From assembly GCA_021156175.1 (NCBI GenBank), contig JAJNBL010000002.1, positions 197,029-261,028 of the forward strand: 64,000 nt of DNA. The letters run 5' to 3'. A program made the translations under genes and the position numbers. Below are positions 47,921 to 59,062 of this stretch, piece by piece; the stretch's first letter is position 1, and the number at the start of each line of letters is the position of its first letter. Under the pieces are notes generated by a model that worked only from the letters and a program-made list of their open reading frames with translations, searched no databases and had not been told where the DNA came from. Source of the DNA: Rickettsiales bacterium. GTDB taxonomy: Bacteria; Pseudomonadota; Alphaproteobacteria; Rickettsiales; JAJNBL01.

Positions 47921-47955
47921 ATACCGACCGATAATTAAAAATCAGTCGGTATTTT
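47921..47955. terminator. bidirectional terminator between convergent genes
   Basis: ATACCGAC / GTCGGTAT stem followed by a T-run; abuts the gdh stop codon. Confidence 0.6.
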
Positions 47956-50900
47956 CTATTCCGCATTTCGTTGGGAAACCGCACAAATTGCTTCCACCCG
48001 TTTCGCTGCCACGACTAACATCGCGCTGTCAATATGCTCAGATGATTTAAGATCATTCACAAATTGATCGTAACGCGAAATCTCTTTGTTATTCGCCTCA
48101 CACCAATTCGCAACCGCTGTTAAGCAAAATACATCATTGCAATTATGTTTGATGACTTCTGCGGTCAGGCGCATTTGCTGATCGTACATATCTTCCGTCA
48201 ACATGCGCAAGGACAGACGATCCCAGTAGCCTTCTGCGGGTTGTTCGGCAATGTAAGAACGCAAGAGCCCAAGGCTTAAACGGCCACCGAGTTCGAAATA
48301 GATCTTCCCTACGGCATCGACGGGTAACGCACCATTTTGCGCCACTTTCACGATGTCGCACGCAGAGGCAAGTACGCCCAATCCTGCGATTTGACGCGCC
48401 AGTGTCTCCGGCACGCCCGCTTCGTGATAACGCGTAAAGCGTGCACGGTAATGTTTCATCGCGATGGGCGACAACAAGGTCTCTAGTGCGCTTGACAGCG
48501 TTTTCACGCCGGCAGCATAAACGTCCACGAGCTTCGCCACTTGCAGAGGCTGGCTATGGTTACGCAAGAACCACATGGCGTTACGTTCGATAAGTTTCTG
48601 GATTTCCAGGAAAAGCTCCACACCAATCGCGACCGGAACGGTTTCATCCAATGCTTCAATATCATCCCATAACGTCCTTAAACCAAAGGCATCGCGGGTG
48701 ATCGCATAGGCACGGGCAACATCACATCCTTTCATGCCGGTATCTTCCATCAAACTATGGAAGAAGGTAATGCCTGCACGGTTGACGATGCTGTTGGTCA
48801 CATGGGATGCGATAATTTCACGACGCAGCGGATGGGAAGTCAGTGCTTCCGGGAAACGTTCGCGCATTTGGGTTGGGAAATAAATCAGCAAATCTTCCAT
48901 GAAATAAGATTCATCGCCAAGATTCGATGGCAATAGATCCGTATAGATGGATTGTTTCGAGTACGAAAGAAGGATCGCAAGTTCAGGGCGGGTAAGGCCA
49001 CTTTTCTCCGCTTTTCTCCGTGCGATGACATGGCTATCAGGCAAGAACTCGATTTTGCGGTTTAAAAGCTTCTTAGACTCCAGGCGGGTCATGAGGCGCT
49101 CTTGTTGCTCAAGCTGACTATGGCCTTGAAGCTCTGCAACAGTCAAGGCCTGGGCCTGAAGCTCGTTATCACGGAGTACGAGGCGTGCCACTTCATCCGT
49201 CATTTCTTCAAGCAAGGTATTGCGTGCCGCTTGGGTAAGCTTTTTGGATTGTACCAATCCACCCAAAGCGATTTTGATATTCACCTCATGGTCAGAGCAA
49301 TCCACACCTGCGGAGTTATCAATAAAGTCGGTATTAATCCGGCCACCTTTTAAAGCGTATTCGATACGGCCTTTTTGGGTAACGCCCAGATTTCCGCCTT
49401 CGCCCACGGCTTTACAGCGAAGCTCGTGGCCGTTGATACGTAAATTATCGTTGGCTTTATCGCCTACATCCGCATGGCCTTCATCCGCCGATTTGATATA
49501 GGTCCCAATACCGCCGTTCCACAAGAGATCCACCGGCGCTTTCAAAATCGCACGGATGAGTTCATCAGGAGTAAGGGCATCTTCTTCGATATCCAGGCGC
49601 GCTTTGACTTCCGCAGTCAAAGGAATCGATTTTGCCGAACGTTCAAATATTCCGCCGCCTTGTGAGATCAAGGATGCATTATAATCCTTCCAGGTCGAGC
49701 GTGGGAGATTGAAGAGGCGTTTGCGCTCATCAAAACTCTTTGCTGCATCTGGGTTTGGATCAAGGAAGATATGTATATGGTTAAATGCCGCAACGAGGCG
49801 GATATGACGGGAAAGCAACATCCCGTTGCCAAATACGTCGCCCGCCATGTCACCAATCCCGGTGACAGTGAAATCGGTGGTTTGGGTGTTGATACCCATT
49901 TCTTTGAAGTGACGCTGAACAGAAACCCATCCACCGCGCGCAGTAATCGCCATTTTCTTATGGTCATATCCTGCAGAACCACCTGAGGCAAACGCATCGC
50001 CAAGCCAGAATCCGTAAGCTGCGGAAACGCTATTCGCGATATCGGAGAAGGATGCCGTCCCTTTATCCGCCGCGACTACCAAATATGGATCATCTGCATC
50101 ATGACGTACGACTTGTTTTGGTGGGACAACCGCACCGTTTATAATGTTATCCGTGATGTCAAGCAAACCGCTCAAGAACGTTTTGTAGCAGGCAATCCCT
50201 TCTTGTAGATAGGCTTCACGTCCGCCTTCCTGAGGGGGTTGTTTCACAACGAAGCCACCTTTAGAGCCAACAGGTACGATCACCGCGTTTTTGGTCATCT
50301 GTGCCTTCATGAGGCCCAATACTTCGGTGCGGAAATCTTCCGCACGGTCAGACCACCGCAAACCACCGCGGGCGACTTTACCGCCGCGCAAGTGAATTCC
50401 TTCCACACGCGAAGAATAGACGAAAATCTCAGCGTACGGCCGTGGCAATGGCAGGCCTGGCACAAGAGCAGAATCGAATTTGAAGGAGATATAGGCTTTG
50501 TGTACGTTCTCGTTGTCGCCCGATTGGAAATAATTGGTACGCAATGTCGCCAGGATTAAGTCCATATAACGGCGGATAATGCGGTCATCCGTCACATCGG
50601 AAACAGACGCAAGTGCGGCTTCAATTTCCTGCTGCAAGGTTTCCATCACGCTCACGCGGTCTTGCTTATTTGATGGGTCAAATCGTGCATCGAACAAGGC
50701 AACCAGTTTACGTGTAATGCCAGGATGGCGGCTCAGGGTTTGTTCAACAGAGGTTTGGCTATAGGTGAAACCAATCTGGCGCAAATATTTCGCATAAGCG
50801 CGCACTAATACGACTTGGCTCCATGCAAGGCCGGCACAGAGAATAAGTTGGTTAAACCCATCATTTTGCACTTCGCGTTCCCAGACTTTTGACAGCAAGG

Positions 50901-52869
50901 ATTCAAAGTTATCTTTAATATCTTGAATTTTCGGGCGAATTTGACCATCTGGAGGTGTCAATCGGAAATGGTGAACCCATACGGCCTGTTTGCCCTTTGG
51001 TGCCACTTTATAGGTATGCTCATCGATAATCGGGAAGCCCATATTTTCGAGGATTGGCATGATGTCCGAAAGGCGAAGCTGTTTTTCGCACGAGTAGATT
51101 TTCAGCTGCAACCAATCTTTATCATTGTCGTTAGTCTCATAGAGATCAAACAGAATGCCGCCTTGGGCATACATGCGTTCCATGCTTTTGATATCCCAAT
51201 AGGCATGGTAGGCAGTAAAGCGCTCGCAATAAGCTGCAGAGAAGGCTTCCGCATAGGTTTCAAATAATTTCTCGCGTTGGCCCTCATCGGCTTTTTGCGC
51301 GATCTCATCTTTTAAAGTATCTCCCCAAATCCGTGCGACTTCCGCGAGTTTGGCTTCTACATCGGTGATATCGTAGGCGGGAATCGCGCCCGGTTCGGTT
51401 TTCACAATCAGGTTAAGGCGAGCGAAAGGCGAATCGGTAACTTGGGTATAATAGTTGACCACATCGCCGTTAAACGCTTGCTCAAGCACGATCTGAATTT
51501 TCTTCCGAAGACCGGTGCTGAAGCGTTCCCGTGGGATAAACAGGATGCAGCTGATAAAGCGCTCAAATTTATCTTTGCGCGCGAATAACCGCACCCGGCG
51601 TTGAACCGCAAGCGACACAATTCCCATACAGGTTTCAAACAATTCGTCTTCCGAAATTTGGAAGAGCTCATCGCGCGGGAAGGATTCCAGCGCAGATGCA
51701 AGTTCCTTGCCGCTATAGCCGCCTTTCGGGAAGCCAGCACGGTTGAGTACGGAAGCCATTTTCTGGCGGATCATTGGAATATGGTCCGCACTTTGGTAAT
51801 ACACGATCGAGGTGAATAATCCGCGGAAACGGTGCTCCCCAATCACATTCCCTGACGCATCAAAGCGTTTGATGCTGATATCGTCCATATGAATAGGGCG
51901 ATGGATCACGGAACGGTTAGATTTGGTAATCTCAACGAAGTTCGGATTGCGTAAGAAATGCTGCACCTCTTTTGGGACGAGCTGGACGCTTTTTTGGCTT
52001 TCGTCCTTTAATATCCCAAGCTCATGGCTGCTTTTGATATCAAGCCCTTTGCCGGTCTCGACAAAATCATATTGGGCATAGCCCAAGAAAATAAAGTTCT
52101 TATCGCAAAGCCAGCGGATGAAATCTTGGGTCTCCGCGAGGTAATTTTCAGCAGAAACAGGACTTTCCGGGGTATAATGTTTTTTCAAAGCAGGAAGGGC
52201 GGATTCGGTTTCTTTTAACATCGATTCTGCTTGCGCAAGCATCGCCTTCCAGTCTTCCACGGCTTGGCGGATGGTGCTTAAGGTGTGACGAATATCCGCC
52301 GATACTTCTTCCAAGAAGACCGGATCATGAATGGCGGCCACACGGAAATGGATCACCGATTCTGCCGAGCCTTTAGGACTCGCGCCTGTGCCATTGGTGG
52401 ATTCAGCCGCGGGGTATATGGTTTCTAGTGCGCCCTTCGCATTCCGAGAAACGCGCAAGACTGGATGCAAAATACACTGAATTTGCAGGCGGTGGCGAGT
52501 TAAAGCCTCCGTGCAGGAATCCACTAAGAACGGCATATCATCATTGATGACTTCAATCACCGTATAAGGCCCGGTCCATCCATGTTCTTTGACAGAAGGA
52601 TTATAAACCCGGAGAGAGGGGGTATTGGGGGTGCGGGATTTTAAGAAATTAAAGCTAGAGCGGGCAATGGCGGCGAGTTCAGAAGGGCTAAATACGGCGA
52701 TATCGTCTTTCGGAGTTCGCAAATAGAGTTGTCGCGCAAACTCTGCCGCGTCGCCTTTTTCTTTAAAAACTGTCAGGATTTCCCCGATCAGTGGGCTGTT
52801 TGCAGTTAAATAACTCGTTGTGGAAGGAGACGTAATGGTCTCGTCAGTTGCGCGTTTTTCCTTAGCCAT
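47956..52869 (-). CDS. gdh: NAD-specific glutamate dehydrogenase, large (~180 kDa) class
   Basis: 1637 aa, a size characteristic of the giant NAD-GDH family. Central ELFV-dehydrogenase-like region (VPVGSKGGFV..., GDMAGDVFGNGML). Confidence 0.9.
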   Translation of the reverse strand: MAKEKRATDETITSPSTTSYLTANSPLIGEILTVFKEKGDAAEFARQLYLRTPKDDIAVFSPSELAAIARSSFNFLKSRTPNTPSLRVYNPSVKEHGWTGPYTVIEVINDDMPFLVDSCTEALTRHRLQIQCILHPVLRVSRNAKGALETIYPAAESTNGTGASPKGSAESVIHFRVAAIHDPVFLEEVSADIRHTLSTIRQAVEDWKAMLAQAESMLKETESALPALKKHYTPESPVSAENYLAETQDFIRWLCDKNFIFLGYAQYDFVETGKGLDIKSSHELGILKDESQKSVQLVPKEVQHFLRNPNFVEITKSNRSVIHRPIHMDDISIKRFDASGNVIGEHRFRGLFTSIVYYQSADHIPMIRQKMASVLNRAGFPKGGYSGKELASALESFPRDELFQISEDELFETCMGIVSLAVQRRVRLFARKDKFERFISCILFIPRERFSTGLRKKIQIVLEQAFNGDVVNYYTQVTDSPFARLNLIVKTEPGAIPAYDITDVEAKLAEVARIWGDTLKDEIAQKADEGQREKLFETYAEAFSAAYCERFTAYHAYWDIKSMERMYAQGGILFDLYETNDNDKDWLQLKIYSCEKQLRLSDIMPILENMGFPIIDEHTYKVAPKGKQAVWVHHFRLTPPDGQIRPKIQDIKDNFESLLSKVWEREVQNDGFNQLILCAGLAWSQVVLVRAYAKYLRQIGFTYSQTSVEQTLSRHPGITRKLVALFDARFDPSNKQDRVSVMETLQQEIEAALASVSDVTDDRIIRRYMDLILATLRTNYFQSGDNENVHKAYISFKFDSALVPGLPLPRPYAEIFVYSSRVEGIHLRGGKVARGGLRWSDRAEDFRTEVLGLMKAQMTKNAVIVPVGSKGGFVVKQPPQEGGREAYLQEGIACYKTFLSGLLDITDNIINGAVVPPKQVVRHDADDPYLVVAADKGTASFSDIANSVSAAYGFWLGDAFASGGSAGYDHKKMAITARGGWVSVQRHFKEMGINTQTTDFTVTGIGDMAGDVFGNGMLLSRHIRLVAAFNHIHIFLDPNPDAAKSFDERKRLFNLPRSTWKDYNASLISQGGGIFERSAKSIPLTAEVKARLDIEEDALTPDELIRAILKAPVDLLWNGGIGTYIKSADEGHADVGDKANDNLRINGHELRCKAVGEGGNLGVTQKGRIEYALKGGRINTDFIDNSAGVDCSDHEVNIKIALGGLVQSKKLTQAARNTLLEEMTDEVARLVLRDNELQAQALTVAELQGHSQLEQQERLMTRLESKKLLNRKIEFLPDSHVIARRKAEKSGLTRPELAILLSYSKQSIYTDLLPSNLGDESYFMEDLLIYFPTQMRERFPEALTSHPLRREIIASHVTNSIVNRAGITFFHSLMEDTGMKGCDVARAYAITRDAFGLRTLWDDIEALDETVPVAIGVELFLEIQKLIERNAMWFLRNHSQPLQVAKLVDVYAAGVKTLSSALETLLSPIAMKHYRARFTRYHEAGVPETLARQIAGLGVLASACDIVKVAQNGALPVDAVGKIYFELGGRLSLGLLRSYIAEQPAEGYWDRLSLRMLTEDMYDQQMRLTAEVIKHNCNDVFCLTAVANWCEANNKEISRYDQFVNDLKSSEHIDSAMLVVAAKRVEAICAVSQRNAE

Positions 52870-53112
52870 ATACCCCTACCTTTTCGTCGTATCTAAAATA
52901 GACGTAACGATCTGAATTGTCAGTGTTATTACGTTAAGTTTGTAAAATATTCTATTGTGTTTATTCCCTTTTTCAGGTAGTAAACACGACTGTTCTCATT
53001 GTCTTGAGATGAGAATATTTAGAATTTCTCACCCTACCTCTATAGGCTAGGGCGCTGAATAAATCAATTACTATCCGACATGAATGTACGCTTTAAATAG
53101 TTTATAGAGTAT

Positions 53113-54465
53113 ATGGCCGATACAATTTTTGCTCTTTCTACGGCTCCCGCGGTTTCTGGGGTGGCGATTGTCCGCATCTCGGGTGCGGGTGCGAAAGAGG
53201 CGTTGGCGCTTACCGAAACGTTTAAAAGGGAAGGGCTTCCTGCCCCTCGCCAAGCCCGGTTGGTCGCGCTTTCTCACCCCACAACAGACGAACTGATTGA
53301 TAAAGGATTGGCGCTTTGGTTTCCGGGGCCACACAGTTTTACCGGGGAAGATACGGTCGAATTCCATATCCATGGGAGTCGTGCAGTAATCCAGGAGTTG
53401 CTCGAGGTGCTTCGAAGGTTTCCCAACTTCCGTATGGCGGAGCCTGGTGAATTTTCGCGTCGTGCGTTCTTGAATGGAAAAATGGATTTAACCCAAGCCG
53501 ATGGTTTGGCGGATTTGATCGAAGCCGAAACCTCGCTCCAAAAGCGCCAAGCCCTTCGTCAAATGGAAGGGGAACTTTTCACTCTTTACGAAGGGTGGCG
53601 GAGTGGGTTGATTCGGATGTTGGCGCTGCTCGAGGCCTATATTGATTTCCCGGATGAAGATATCCCCGAGGATGTCCTGGAGGAACTGAAGGCGGGCGTT
53701 GCCGGTTTACAAGAAGAAATCCAGGCGCATTTACACGATGGGCACAAAGGGGAAAAGCTTAAAAGTGGCTTGCAGGTGGTGATTGTTGGCGCGCCAAACG
53801 CTGGAAAGTCCAGCCTTATGAACTGCCTAGCAAGACGGGATGTGGCAATAACCTCCCCCATTGCCGGAACCACGCGCGACACGATTGAAATCCAAATGGA
53901 TGTGGGCGGTTATCCCATTGTTCTTGTGGATACAGCAGGGCTTCGAGAAAGTAGTGATCTTATTGAAAATGAAGGAATAAAGCGGGCCAAAGCAAAAGCC
54001 GTTAATGCCGATCTGGTGCTGGCCTTGTTTGACCAAGATGCGCTTCCCCGTATGGATAAGGCGACGTATGAAATGTTAGGGCCGGACGCGCTGGTATGTA
54101 TCAGTAAAATAGATAAAAACCCTCAAAGTTCTAACCTAGAGTTGCCAGAGGCGCTTGCCTCCCATAAGCCCGTAAGGCTTTCCACCGAAACCGGAGAGGG
54201 CATCGACGCGTTACTTAAGGCACTGGAAGAAAAAGCAAAAACCTATCTCGGGGTGGGGGCGTCGCCGCTTATTACCCGTGCCCGGTACCGGGAGGCGTTA
54301 GGCCATTGTATGGAATCGTTGGAGCGTTTTAGTTTCGATATTCCGTTGGAGCTGGCGGCGGAAGATCTGCGGATGGCGGGTCGCTCGCTTGGGCGGATTA
54401 CGGGTCGGATAGATGTGGAAGATATTCTCGACAGCCTCTTCCAGCAGTTTTGTATAGGAAAATGA
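53113..54465 (+). CDS. mnmE: tRNA modification GTPase MnmE
   Basis: 450 aa; G1 motif GAPNAGKSSL; C-terminal CIGK. Confidence 0.95.
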   Translation: MADTIFALSTAPAVSGVAIVRISGAGAKEALALTETFKREGLPAPRQARLVALSHPTTDELIDKGLALWFPGPHSFTGEDTVEFHIHGSRAVIQELLEVLRRFPNFRMAEPGEFSRRAFLNGKMDLTQADGLADLIEAETSLQKRQALRQMEGELFTLYEGWRSGLIRMLALLEAYIDFPDEDIPEDVLEELKAGVAGLQEEIQAHLHDGHKGEKLKSGLQVVIVGAPNAGKSSLMNCLARRDVAITSPIAGTTRDTIEIQMDVGGYPIVLVDTAGLRESSDLIENEGIKRAKAKAVNADLVLALFDQDALPRMDKATYEMLGPDALVCISKIDKNPQSSNLELPEALASHKPVRLSTETGEGIDALLKALEEKAKTYLGVGASPLITRARYREALGHCMESLERFSFDIPLELAAEDLRMAGRSLGRITGRIDVEDILDSLFQQFCIGK

Positions 54466-54531
54466 GTGGTTTTCTGATATATGGTTCTTCCACTTTAAAA
54501 TTCCTCATGGCTGTAATGGATTTACAGAAAA

Positions 54532-54547
54532 TGTTTCACGTGAAACA
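54532..54547. other. parS centromere-like site
   Basis: TGTTTCACGTGAAACA; extended 24-bp palindrome 54528-54551. Confidence 0.85.
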
Positions 54548-54593
54548 TTTTATTACCAAGATTAACGATTGAATCCCCGGGAAGCGTAAAAAT

Positions 54594-56510
54594 ATGAGCC
54601 AATATTCCTATGATGTGATTGTCATCGGTGGTGGGCATGCGGGGACGGAAGCCGCCTCAGCGGCCGCGCGCGTGGGTGCAAAGACGCTTCTGATTTCACA
54701 TAGGCTGGAAACGATTGGCGAAATGTCCTGTAACCCGGCCATTGGTGGGGTCGCGAAAGGAACGTTGGTTAAAGAAATAGATGCGCTTGATGGCGTGATG
54801 GGGCGGGCAATTGACCGCGCCGGCATTCATTATCGAATGCTTAATCAGCGCAAGGGCCCGGCCGTATGGGGGCCTCGCGCGCAAGCTGACCGTGCGTTAT
54901 ACCGTGAAGCGATCCAGGATATTCTCCATTCGCAAGAGAATCTAACGATCCGCGCGGCATCTGTTGAAGACATTATAATAGAGAATAATGAAGTCCAAGG
55001 CATCGTAACTGCGGATGGCGAAACGATTCGTGCGCCGAAAGTGATCTTAACCACGGGAACCTTTTTAAGGGGACTTATCCATCAAGGGAAGACCCAAATC
55101 CCGGCAGGTAGGGTAGGTGAGGCTCCGTCCATTGGGCTTTCCGACACGCTCCATCGGGTCGGCTTCATGATGGGGCGCCTTAAAACCGGGACGCCCGCGC
55201 GCCTTGATCGCGAGACGATTAATTGGTCGATTTTGGAAGAGCAGGCGGGGGATAATCCACCGCGTCCGTTTTCGACCCTCACGGACAAAGTTTTGGTTCC
55301 GCAAATTTCTTGTTACATTACCTATACGAATGCGGCAACTCATGCAGTGATTCGGGAAAATATCCATCAATCGCCGATGTATTCAGGCCAGATTGAAAGC
55401 CGGGGACCGCGTTATTGCCCTTCGATTGAAGATAAGATTGTTCGCTTTGCCGATAAAGAGCGGCACCAGATTTTCTTGGAGCCGGAAGGTTTGAATGACC
55501 CGACGGTTTATCCGAATGGCATTTCGACGTCATTGCCGGAAGATGTCCAAAAAGCTTTAATCAAAACGATTCCAGGTTTGGAAAATGTTGTGATGTTCCG
55601 GGCGGGCTATGCGATTGAGTATGATTATGTCGATCCTCGCGAACTTCACCCCACCTTGGAAACGAAAAAAGTGCGCGGGCTTTATCTTGCAGGTCAGATC
55701 AATGGAACAACCGGTTATGAAGAAGCGGGCGGGCAGGGGCTGATTGCGGGTTTCAACGCGGCATTGTCGGCGTCAGGATCCGAGCCGTTTGTGGTGGATC
55801 GTGCGGAAGGCTATATCGGCGTGATGATCGATGATTTGGTGACGCTTGGCACCAAAGAACCGTACCGGATGTTTACCTCCCGTTCGGAATACCGTCTGTC
55901 GCTTCGCGCGGATAATGCAGATTTGCGTTTAACCGAGCGTGCGATTGCGATCGGTGCAACATCGATCAGGAGAGAAAAAGCCTTTACCGAAAAGAAAACG
56001 GCGCTGGATGCGGCGCGGGAATTTTTGCGTAGCCATAGCTTAACTCCGAACAAAGCGGAAGCCTATGGTATTGTGATAAAGCATGATGGTGTGCCGCGCA
56101 ATGGAATAAGCTTGTTGCGTTTTCCGGAGGTTACCATGGAAAAGCTGCGGAGCATCTGGCCAGAAATGCCTTCGTTCAATCCGGATGTGGCCGAGCAATT
56201 GATGATTGAGGCGACCTACGATGCCTATTTAGAACGTCAGGAAGCGGACATTGCTCTCTTTAAGAATGATGAGAAAATCCGTATTCCAGAAGGGTTTGAC
56301 TACCATAAGGTCGGCAGTCTTTCCAACGAAGTGCGCGAGAAATTATCAATGCTTAAGCCCGTGACGCTTGGCGCAGCGGGCCGTATTCCAGGTATTACGC
56401 CAGCGGCCGTGACGGCATTGATGGTGCATTTGCGTCAATCGGCAAAAACATCTCGGAATACGAAGCCAGAAAACAATGATTCAGATGAGGAGGACCATGC
56501 AGCCGCCTAA
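54594..56510 (+). CDS. mnmG: tRNA uridine 5-carboxymethylaminomethyl modification enzyme MnmG (GidA)
   Basis: 638 aa; [17 protein letters not shown] motif; acidic C-terminal tail. Confidence 0.96.
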   Translation: MSQYSYDVIVIGGGHAGTEAASAAARVGAKTLLISHRLETIGEMSCNPAIGGVAKGTLVKEIDALDGVMGRAIDRAGIHYRMLNQRKGPAVWGPRAQADRALYREAIQDILHSQENLTIRAASVEDIIIENNEVQGIVTADGETIRAPKVILTTGTFLRGLIHQGKTQIPAGRVGEAPSIGLSDTLHRVGFMMGRLKTGTPARLDRETINWSILEEQAGDNPPRPFSTLTDKVLVPQISCYITYTNAATHAVIRENIHQSPMYSGQIESRGPRYCPSIEDKIVRFADKERHQIFLEPEGLNDPTVYPNGISTSLPEDVQKALIKTIPGLENVVMFRAGYAIEYDYVDPRELHPTLETKKVRGLYLAGQINGTTGYEEAGGQGLIAGFNAALSASGSEPFVVDRAEGYIGVMIDDLVTLGTKEPYRMFTSRSEYRLSLRADNADLRLTERAIAIGATSIRREKAFTEKKTALDAAREFLRSHSLTPNKAEAYGIVIKHDGVPRNGISLLRFPEVTMEKLRSIWPEMPSFNPDVAEQLMIEATYDAYLERQEADIALFKNDEKIRIPEGFDYHKVGSLSNEVREKLSMLKPVTLGAAGRIPGITPAAVTALMVHLRQSAKTSRNTKPENNDSDEEDHAAA

Positions 56511-57171
56511 GATACCTCCTACGGTAAAAGCACAAATTGATAAATATATTAGTGAAAATGTTTCACGTGAAACATTTGAGCGTCTCGATCAGTATGTCGT
56601 TGATCTTTTGCAATGGAACCAATCGATCAATCTTATCGGCAAGAATACGGAAGTTATGATATGGGATCGGCATATTTTAGATTCCGCCCAACTGCTTTCG
56701 CATATTCCTGAGCACACAAGAATCATTACAGATATCGGAAGCGGTGCGGGATTGCCCGGAATGGTGCTGGCGATTCTTGGGAATTTTTTGGAAGTACATT
56801 TAGTAGAAAGTGATCGAAGGAAAGCTCTGTTTTTGGAGGCGGTTGCTCCGCTTGGAGGAGATACGCGAGTGATCGTGCATAAGAGCCGGGCTGAAATTTT
56901 GGGTGCATCCGCGACATGGGAAAGCGATGTTATCACCGCGCGGGCCTGTGCGCCGCTTACCACATTGTTAGAACTTATCTCTCCTTTTATAGAAGGTAAG
57001 CAAAAAAAATGCTTATCACTCCTCCTAAAAGGGAGTAGTGTGGAGAAAGAGTTAGAGGAAGCAGCGCGTAAATGGAATATTCTTTCGTATGATGCCCATC
57101 CCAGCATTACACATGACGAGGGGCGAATTTTGGCGATTCAGGAATTTCATCTGCGTTCTAAAACCTCTTAA
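56497..57171 (+). CDS. rsmG: 16S rRNA (guanine527-N7)-methyltransferase RsmG (GidB)
   Basis: SAM motif [10 protein letters not shown]. Start ambiguous (ATG at 56476, 56485 or 56497). Contains a parS site read as NVSRETF. Confidence 0.88.
   Translation: MQPPKIPPTVKAQIDKYISENVSRETFERLDQYVVDLLQWNQSINLIGKNTEVMIWDRHILDSAQLLSHIPEHTRIITDIGSGAGLPGMVLAILGNFLEVHLVESDRRKALFLEAVAPLGGDTRVIVHKSRAEILGASATWESDVITARACAPLTTLLELISPFIEGKQKKCLSLLLKGSSVEKELEEAARKWNILSYDAHPSITHDEGRILAIQEFHLRSKTS
56559..56574. other. parS centromere-like site inside the rsmG coding sequence
   Basis: TGTTTCACGTGAAACA, identical to the four intergenic copies. Confidence 0.85.
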
Positions 57172-57203
57172 GAAAAAATCGGTAAATAGGCGGAGGCACG
57201 GCA

Positions 57204-58037
57204 ATGGGTAACGAAAAACCAAGTTGTAAAGTCATCGCGATTGTAAACCAAAAAGGCGGCGTGGGGAAAACCACGACGGCAGTGAATTTGGCAACCGCGC
57301 TCGCGGCGGTGCGCAAACGGACATTATTACTCGATCTTGATCCTCAAGGGAATGCAAGTACCGGGGTGGGAATTCCACCGGATAATCGTAAGGTAACGAT
57401 ATACCAGGTGATTTCAGGATTAGAAGCGCCGGAATCAGCAATTCTCAAAACGGCGGTGCCGTATTTAGATGTGATTCCTGCCGATATGGATTTGGCAGCG
57501 TCGGAAATGGAGCTGGCGCCGATTGCGCGTCGAGAATTTGTCGTCCGTCAGATTATCGACATACTTGCTCCCAAATACGACTATATATTAATTGACTGTC
57601 CGCCCTCATTGAGTTTATTGACGGTCAATGCATTGGTCGCGTCCAATACCGTATTGATCCCGGTGCAGTGCGAATATTTTGCACTCGAAGGCTTAAGTCA
57701 TTTGTTAAAGACGATTAAGCTTGTGAAGAAACGTTTGAACCCGGCGCTTCGGATCGAAGGCCTGGTGTTGACCATGTATGATAAGCGCAACCGCCTGACG
57801 GAACAAGTGGAAGGCGAGGTGCGGGAGTATTTTACGGATCTGGTTTATAAGACGGTGATTCCACGTAATGTTCGATTGTCGGAAGCGCCCTCGCATGGGA
57901 AGCCGGCAATTATTTATGATTTACAATGTCCGGGCTCGAAGGCCTATCTGCATTTGGCGCGCGAATTATTGAAGCGTCAGACAGAGATGAAAAAATTACG
58001 GCAAGACGAAACCATGGAAGAGGAGAAAGTTGCATGA
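57204..58037 (+). CDS. parA: chromosome partitioning ATPase ParA
   Basis: 277 aa; deviant Walker A NQKGGVGKTTT. Confidence 0.95.
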   Translation: MGNEKPSCKVIAIVNQKGGVGKTTTAVNLATALAAVRKRTLLLDLDPQGNASTGVGIPPDNRKVTIYQVISGLEAPESAILKTAVPYLDVIPADMDLAASEMELAPIARREFVVRQIIDILAPKYDYILIDCPPSLSLLTVNALVASNTVLIPVQCEYFALEGLSHLLKTIKLVKKRLNPALRIEGLVLTMYDKRNRLTEQVEGEVREYFTDLVYKTVIPRNVRLSEAPSHGKPAIIYDLQCPGSKAYLHLARELLKRQTEMKKLRQDETMEEEKVA

Positions 58038-58972
58038 TCCCAGGGAAGAATCAAGGTTTAGGCAAGGGGTTGGCTGCGCTCATTGGCGATATTGAAGAAG
58101 AAACAATTGCCATAGAAAAAAGCGGGCGCGTACCGCCGACCGTTGAACGGAGAAAAGGGGAGTGGCAAGTCGAATTCCTTTCCGTGGATTTGCTTGAGGC
58201 GGGGCCGTATCAGCCACGCGCCTATTTTGACGAAGAGGCACTTCGCGAACTTGCGGATTCTATTAAAGAGCGCGGAGTGTTGCAGCCGGTGGTCGTTCGT
58301 CCGATGGGAGGAAATGGAAAACATCCGATTATTGCGGGAGAGCGCCGGTGGCGTGCTTGTCGGTTAGCGGGACTTTCCGTGATTCCAGCGATCGTTCGGG
58401 ATCTTACCGAAAAAGAAGCGCTGCAAGTTGCACTGATTGAAAACATCCAACGTAAAGATCTTACGATTGTAGAAGAAGCAGAAGGGTATAGCCGACTGAT
58501 TGAGGAATTCTATTATACCCAAGAACAGCTTGCCGACCAGTTAGGGAAAAGCCGTAGCCATATCAGCAATTTGCTGCGTTTGTTGCAATTGCCGGACGAA
58601 GTGAAAAATATGCTCAATGATGGGGTGCTCTCAATGGGGCATGCGCGGGCGTTACTCAATGCACATAATCCTTCCGAGGTGGCGCGTTCGATTGTTGCGC
58701 GAGGATTAAATGTTCGGCAAACGGAAGCTTTGATGCGCGGCGAGGCGTTGGACAAGGAACATGAGCGTCAGGATCGGAACCGCCAACCCTTCGGTGGAAA
58801 AGTACAAAAACCCAAAGACGAAGATTTGGTACAGCTTGAGCAAATGCTTTCCGAGCGGATGGGATTGCCGGTCACTATTTATGAACAAGAAAAAGGTGGT
58901 CAAGTGCAAATCCAATTTAGTAATCTTGAAGAGCTCGATAAAATTCTTCAACGCCTTACCGCCACTGTCTAA
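58034..58972 (+). CDS. parB: chromosome partitioning protein ParB
   Basis: The track ORF starts at 57926. I prefer the ATG at 58034 (ATGA overlap with the parA stop; N-terminus MIPGKNQGLGKGLAALI). ParB box GERRWRA; HTH segment. Confidence 0.93.
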   Translation: MIPGKNQGLGKGLAALIGDIEEETIAIEKSGRVPPTVERRKGEWQVEFLSVDLLEAGPYQPRAYFDEEALRELADSIKERGVLQPVVVRPMGGNGKHPIIAGERRWRACRLAGLSVIPAIVRDLTEKEALQVALIENIQRKDLTIVEEAEGYSRLIEEFYYTQEQLADQLGKSRSHISNLLRLLQLPDEVKNMLNDGVLSMGHARALLNAHNPSEVARSIVARGLNVRQTEALMRGEALDKEHERQDRNRQPFGGKVQKPKDEDLVQLEQMLSERMGLPVTIYEQEKGGQVQIQFSNLEELDKILQRLTATV

Positions 58973-58974
58973 AA

Positions 58975-58990
58975 TGTTTCACGTGAAACA
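58975..58990. other. parS centromere-like site
   Basis: TGTTTCACGTGAAACA, starting 3 nt after the parB stop. Confidence 0.88.
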
Positions 58991-59062
58991 TTTGGTTAAC
59001 AAAATTAATTGGGAGGGGCTGTATAGCCTCTCCTTTTGTACAAATAGGAATGAGTAAAACAA

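Noticed and set aside
52993-53015. Inverted repeat TTCTCAT-N9-ATGAGAA in the gdh / mnmE divergent spacer as an operator
   Set aside because: The arms are short (7 bp) and AT-rich, so the match could easily arise by chance. There is no second copy or other supporting context.
57926-58033. The 36-codon N-terminal extension of parB overlapping the parA 3' end
   Set aside because: The ATG at 58034 gives the canonical ParB N-terminus and an ATGA overlap with the parA stop.
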